The translations under genes were made by a program, and so were the position numbers. Positions 60,110 to 64,000 of a stretch of 64,000 bases of DNA are shown piece after piece (positions within the stretch are counted from its first letter, which is position 1; every line of letters starts with the position of its first letter). The DNA is from Candidatus Thorarchaeota archaeon (GTDB lineage Archaea > Asgardarchaeota > Thorarchaeia > Thorarchaeales > Thorarchaeaceae), in the NCBI GenBank assembly GCA_048882485.1, contig JBHLRP010000001.1:256001-320000 (forward strand), written 5' to 3'. Under the pieces are notes generated by a model that saw only the letters and a program-made list of their open reading frames with translations, ran no database searches and had not been told where the DNA came from.

Positions 60110-60146
60110 GTTGAGGATTGTTTCTAAAAAGCAGAACACATATTCC

Positions 60147-60416
60147 TCAATGGAAATCATAGAAGCAGAAATCGCATCCACCACCCCTATTCGCGACCTC
60201 TGACGACCAGTTATCCTCATGATCACGAATATCGATCGGTACCCAGCGATACATCTGCTTTGGTACTGTTTCTCGGTCCACAGAAATGCTGTCCTTGCTT
60301 GAGTCCTCCTGGCACGGTGTTGCTGACAATGCGTTCACTGCACTAGTAAACACAGCTGCAGCGGACATAGCAAAAAGGACGACTATCCCTGCTGCCAATA
60401 TAGTCCTCTTGTTCAA
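60147..60416 (-). CDS. small secreted peptide precursor (89 aa) with C-terminal GGGCDFCFYDFH
   Basis: Signal peptide MNKR plus hydrophobic core plus A-x-A-like site; purine-rich SD; own promoter and terminator. Confidence 0.75.
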   Translation of the reverse strand: MNKRTILAAGIVVLFAMSAAAVFTSAVNALSATPCQEDSSKDSISVDRETVPKQMYRWVPIDIRDHEDNWSSEVANRGGGCDFCFYDFH

Positions 60417-60569
60417 CTATTCCTACTCTCCTCTATAATGTGCTGCATGGTCAAACTCGCGCAGCAGCCTAGAATACTGCCAGCTGTCTTGAGAGATTTT
60501 GAAAGCAAATTCCTGGGACTGGAATGGACAATGGAGGTCCAGGTTTTTGAAGACATTGAATTCAACCAT

Positions 60570-60606
60570 GTAATAGTGTTACAGCTTACTCAATATATAT
60601 TTTTCG
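60570..60606 (-). promoter_or_regulatory. promoter P1 (BRE CGAAAA, TATA ATATATAT) with operator O1 GTAATAGTGTTAC
   Basis: Same 37-bp architecture as 60751-60787. Confidence 0.7.
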
Positions 60607-60666
60607 ATTACAAGTTTCATATTGCTTATTTGCCCTGTATGAGTTGAAGTAGTTTGCTAGATTATC

Positions 60667-60750
60667 AAAACACAGGCCGGAATCCTCAAGCAAGGCATTT
60701 CGAGAACGCAAGGAAGGCAAGAACACTGTCCTTTCGCTTGAAGATTCCGT
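60667..60750 (-). ncRNA. candidate ~85-nt stem-loop small RNA
   Basis: CGGAAUCUUCAAGC-GA-AAGG pairs with CCUU-GCUUGAGGAUUCCG (a G-U pair favours the minus strand); starts ~30 nt after a TATA box and ends at a U4 tract. Confidence 0.6.
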
Positions 60751-60787
60751 GTGATAGTATTACATGTTACATTATATAATTCTTTCG
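60751..60787 (-). promoter_or_regulatory. promoter P2 (BRE CGAAAG, TATA TTATATAA) with operator O2 GTGATAGTATTAC
   Basis: Operator, extra TTAC half-site, TATA and CGAAA at the same spacing as in P1. Confidence 0.7.
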
Positions 60788-60934
60788 TTTAATCAGAATT
60801 GAATGCTAAATCGGTGTCTAACAGGCCTTTTAGCATATTGGCATCCAAAATATCTCTAAAAGAGTGATCCCCTCTTTTTGGCTTAGAATTCCCTTTGAAT
60901 TGTGGAAACATCCACTCGAAAGACATCATATACA

Positions 60935-60974
60935 GTAATAGTGTTACGTAGAAAAATATATTAGAATTCATTAC
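60935..60974 (+). promoter_or_regulatory. operator O3 GTAATAGTGTTAC next to the BRE/TATA of the RHH gene
   Basis: Exact copy of O1, followed by GAAAAATATATT and a TTAC half-site. Confidence 0.65.
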
Positions 60975-61001
60975 TATAATTAGATAGGACAGGTGATCAC
61001 A

Positions 61002-61334
61002 TTGTCTGAAAAGAAAAGTTCATCGAAAGCTGCTGCACAGCTCAGTCTGAGGGAGGAACTTCTTGGGCAGCTCTCTGCAGAAGAGTTTGGTCTGAAAAAG
61101 CGTGAGATATCTGTAATGACCAGGATGAGTTCGGATATTGTTGAGATTCTTGACGCTCTTGTTGAGCTTGAGATATTCAAGAGTCGTTCTGAAGCAGTTG
61201 CAGCCTTCGTTGAGAAGTCGATTGCATCTCGTGGCGATCTATTCGATGAGATAAAAGTGCAGGCCAAAGAGATTACTCGAATGCGTGAGACCGCAAAGCG
61301 GCTCGCTTTCAAAGCAATGCAGGACAAGAGCTAG
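61002..61334 (+). CDS. ribbon-helix-helix (CopG/Arc-like) regulator
   Basis: Beta strand 'SVMTRM', 'DIVEILDALVELEIFKSRSEAVAAFV'; AGGTGA SD before the TTG. Confidence 0.82.
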   Translation: MSEKKSSSKAAAQLSLREELLGQLSAEEFGLKKREISVMTRMSSDIVEILDALVELEIFKSRSEAVAAFVEKSIASRGDLFDEIKVQAKEITRMRETAKRLAFKAMQDKS

Positions 61335-61654
61335 CCACACAGCACACAGAGAAGTAGTTGCGACAGAAGTCGTGGTTAATAGGTGGGAGACCCCAAGCCA
61401 ATACATTGGAGCACGTTTGAAGCGAATTCATTTCCAGATTTGTGATGATTGAAAATCCTTGCGTTGCTGCCAACGCCACTCTTCTGCCTTCTTTCAAACC
61501 TGCTGTTGAAATAAGACTCGTTTCGCATCTAAGCTCACGTGTCTAAACCCATTACTTGTTCGAGTGATTATTTGAATGGGCATAAACCTTCGCCTACAAT
61601 CCGTCAGAACGACATTGTTAAAGCAGAAAGGCCCCATCGTCGAGGACGATTGAG

Positions 61655-62635
61655 TTGGTCGAAAAGATTCGCTTATCCATTGGTACTGCAATTCAGATGG
61701 GATTGGAGCCAGGCGATTTGGATGAATGTTTCTCGACAGCATTCCTAATGACATATACTGATAGAAGGTGCAGCGCGAACTGTGCATTTTGTCCTCAGGC
61801 TAGGGGTAGCAACTCAGCTTCAGATCGACTTTCTAGAATTTCATGGCCCGTTTACACCTTGGATGACATCATGGAACGATTCTCAGAAGATACTCCTTTC
61901 AAGCGTGTATGCATACAAGTTTTGAATTCGCCCGGCATAACCAAAGATGTCAAGCAGATAATCATTCAGCTTCGAGATAACATACAGATTCCTATTTCAA
62001 TTTCAATTCATCCTCTTTCAAAAGCAGAGATGATGAGACTACACGCAGCTGGAGCAACCAGCATCGGTATTGCGCTGGACGCATGTACTGAGCCTCTATT
62101 TACCAAGATTAAAGGAAAAGAGCGGGGCTCGGCGTACAGATGGCAAACTCACATTGAAGCCCTATCCAATGCTCTGGAAGTGTTTGGAGAGGGGAATGTT
62201 GCCACCCATCTAATTGTGGGACTAGGTGAATCTGAGGAGGAGATCATTGAGTTTCTGAAAAAGATGAAACGCCTCAAGATTCGAGTGGGTCTCTTTGCAT
62301 TCACGAATATTCGCGGTACCGCACTAGAGCATTGGAGCCAGCCAGATATTTCGACTTACAGACGAGTTCAAGTAGTTCATTACATTCTCAACAATGAACT
62401 ACTTAGCGATGACAAAATAAGAATAGTCGAAGGTGGAGAGGTTCAACTGGATTTATCCACGACACGCCTGAAGGAAATCTTATCATCAGGAGCTGCTTTT
62501 CAGACATCCGGCTGCAAGGACTGCAACCGTCCCTACTATAATGAGCGTCCTAGTGGACCTCTCTACAACTATCCGAGACCTCTTTCACGAGAGGAAGTAG
62601 CGGAAGCCATTGCAGCAACCGGTCTGGTGAGTTGA
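61655..62635 (+). CDS. lipS2: radical SAM lipoyl synthase subunit, LipS2-type
   Basis: CSANCAFC plus C-terminal 'TSGCKDCNRP' (TxGCxxCNRP) motif; adjacent to lipoate ligase genes. Confidence 0.8.
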   Translation: MVEKIRLSIGTAIQMGLEPGDLDECFSTAFLMTYTDRRCSANCAFCPQARGSNSASDRLSRISWPVYTLDDIMERFSEDTPFKRVCIQVLNSPGITKDVKQIIIQLRDNIQIPISISIHPLSKAEMMRLHAAGATSIGIALDACTEPLFTKIKGKERGSAYRWQTHIEALSNALEVFGEGNVATHLIVGLGESEEEIIEFLKKMKRLKIRVGLFAFTNIRGTALEHWSQPDISTYRRVQVVHYILNNELLSDDKIRIVEGGEVQLDLSTTRLKEILSSGAAFQTSGCKDCNRPYYNERPSGPLYNYPRPLSREEVAEAIAATGLVS

Positions 62636-62636
62636 G

Positions 62637-63404
62637 ATGGAAGAGGTCCGTTTCCTTGACCTTGAAACAAATGATGCCTACACGAACATGGCGATTGATG
62701 AATCAATCATGCTAGCATTGAAAGCGGATGAGGTTCGCCCGACTCTGCGATTATATCGCTGGAAACCCTCCGCTGTTTCAATAGGTACCTTTCAAGGAAT
62801 GATTGAGGAGGTCGATTTAGACTTCTGCAGAAGACGAAATATCGATTATATCCGGAGAATAACGGGAGGCGGCGCTGTCTACCATGATTACGAGGGCGAA
62901 ATTACCTATAGCATCATCCTACCAAAAGGACACAGATTGGCCCCTGATGATATTCTTGATTCATATCGGCTCCTATGTGGAGGCGTGGTGAAGGGTCTTG
63001 GACATTTGGGAATTGCTGCAGAATTCAAGCCCATCAATGATGTAATTGCTGGCGGCAAGAAGGTGTCTGGCAACGCACAGACGCGAAGACATTCATGTGT
63101 TCTCCAACATGGCACCATACTGCTAGACCTGGATATCGAGACCATGTTCTCAGTCCTTAAGGTTCCCCAAGAAAAGATATCCGACAAGATGATTGCAGAT
63201 GTAAAGGAAAGAGTGACATCTGTTAGAAACCTGCTGGATAGACAGGTTTCTTTTGAAGAATTGAGAGAGGCACTGGTGGTTGGTTTTACTTCTGCGTTGA
63301 GAGTTGAGCTCATTCATGACACTCTGACAACGAGTGAAATTGAGTCAATTCAACGTTTCAATTCTGAGAAATATGGTCAGGATGAATGGAATCTGAAGAG
63401 GTGA
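62637..63404 (+). CDS. lplA: lipoate-protein ligase catalytic subunit
   Basis: NMAIDE, 'RR.TGGGAVYHD', 'ND....KK.SG.AQ', 'QHGT'. Confidence 0.92.
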   Translation: MEEVRFLDLETNDAYTNMAIDESIMLALKADEVRPTLRLYRWKPSAVSIGTFQGMIEEVDLDFCRRRNIDYIRRITGGGAVYHDYEGEITYSIILPKGHRLAPDDILDSYRLLCGGVVKGLGHLGIAAEFKPINDVIAGGKKVSGNAQTRRHSCVLQHGTILLDLDIETMFSVLKVPQEKISDKMIADVKERVTSVRNLLDRQVSFEELREALVVGFTSALRVELIHDTLTTSEIESIQRFNSEKYGQDEWNLKR

Positions 63405-63409
63405 TCTTA

Positions 63410-63703
63410 ATGAGCTATTACAGTCACAAAGTCCCTGGAGGGAAGCTAATTAAAATAAAGGTCGAATCAAAAGATGAGTCCATTAGGGAGATCACGATTC
63501 TTGGCGATTTCTTCTTGCATCCAGAGTATGTTTTGGAGGAGATTGAGAGGTCACTGATGGGAGTCCAGCTTTCGGAAGATGTCATAGTACAGAAGATTAC
63601 GTCAGTGTTGGAGAAGAACCATGCTACGCTAATCGGAGCGAATGCTGGCGACTTTGCCAAGGCAATTATAGCAGCAAAAATGGCCTCAGACCACAACTCA
63701 TAA
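63410..63703 (+). CDS. lplB: lipoate-protein ligase accessory C-terminal subunit
   Basis: 'KVPGGKLI', 'I.GDFFLHPE..L..IE..L.G'. Confidence 0.85.
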   Translation: MSYYSHKVPGGKLIKIKVESKDESIREITILGDFFLHPEYVLEEIERSLMGVQLSEDVIVQKITSVLEKNHATLIGANAGDFAKAIIAAKMASDHNS

Positions 63704-63738
63704 CAATCACCAAGCTGTCGTCAGTCTGGGGACTAGAA

Positions 63739-64000
63739 TTGAAGCTGGCTAGATTTGTAGAAGGCTCACGAGTTGCTGCAGGAATAGTGATTGATGATCG
63801 CATTGAAGTGTACGATTCTTTGGGATCGGACCCATTCGGCGATTTTATTGAACAATATCAACCTGATGAAATTGGATTGAGCGAATTCATGAAATCCATG
63901 ATAGAAGGTCAGGATTCACTCTCCTATGATTTTTCTTGGATTGAGCCTCGCTTCATCATGCCTATGGTGCCTTCTGAGGTATGGGCAGCGGGAGTCACAT
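63739..64000 (+). CDS. fumarylacetoacetate-hydrolase-family protein (KdaD/XylX-like), 3'-truncated
   Basis: TTG start MKLARFVEG..., open to the window edge and ending 'PMVPSEVWAAGVT'. Confidence 0.75.
   Translation, partial: MKLARFVEGSRVAAGIVIDDRIEVYDSLGSDPFGDFIEQYQPDEIGLSEFMKSMIEGQDSLSYDFSWIEPRFIMPMVPSEVWAAGVT

Noticed and set aside
60000-60149. TGA readthrough of the secreted peptide
   Set aside because: The extension would run through the terminator hairpin and into the convergent gene
60438-60971. ORFs 60438..60647 (+) and 60789..60971 (-)
   Set aside because: No SD or recognisable motifs, and they run across promoter, operator and RNA-structure elements; probably spurious
60420-60990. 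Replication origin (AT-rich; TCCACTCGAAA resembles an ORB)
   Set aside because: Only one weak ORB-like match and no cdc6/orc gene nearby; promoters and operators explain the region better
61309-61787. Short ORFs between the RHH gene and lipS2
   Set aside because: Multiple stops in the candidate frames, overlap with real genes and no motifs; at most a decayed remnant
1-64000. Selenoproteins (in-frame TGA plus SECIS)
   Set aside because: The DsrE-like, TusA, thioredoxin and ferredoxin genes all have Cys codons at their motifs; no TGA at a Cys-aligned site and no convincing SECIS seen by eye

Overview
64-kb chromosomal window from an archaeon, most likely an Asgard archaeon of Thorarchaeia type (inference from a Rab-like GTPase, a profilin-like protein, an arrestin-like protein, TrmB, geranylgeranyl reductase, LipS2-type lipoate synthesis, many peptidases and frequent TTG starts). 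It is gene-dense with about 60 CDS. These include sulfur-carrier genes (DsrH-like, DsrE-like, TusA), peptidases (M32, M3B, S9, isoaspartyl peptidase, M23-like), a PFL2-type glycyl radical enzyme, a PadR/BtrH-like/double-length UvrA/alpha-toroid cluster, two sensor kinases, a nucleoside-type ABC transporter and a lipoylation cluster. I found no rRNA, tRNA, CRISPR array or transposase. The most novel-looking element is at 60.1-61.3 kb. A ribbon-helix-helix regulator gene is divergent from a small secreted peptide ending in GGGCDFCFYDFH. Between them lie three copies of a 13-bp palindromic operator, two identically built promoters, a ~85-nt stem-loop ncRNA candidate whose loop can pair with the peptide's ribosome-binding region, and a structured ~150-nt leader. 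Other notable items: helically phased operators upstream of tusA, a His->Ser sensor kinase with a CxxC thioredoxin/KaiB-like tail, an MFS gene split by one in-frame TAG, and unannotated microproteins. All family assignments are from motif recognition by eye, not database searches.
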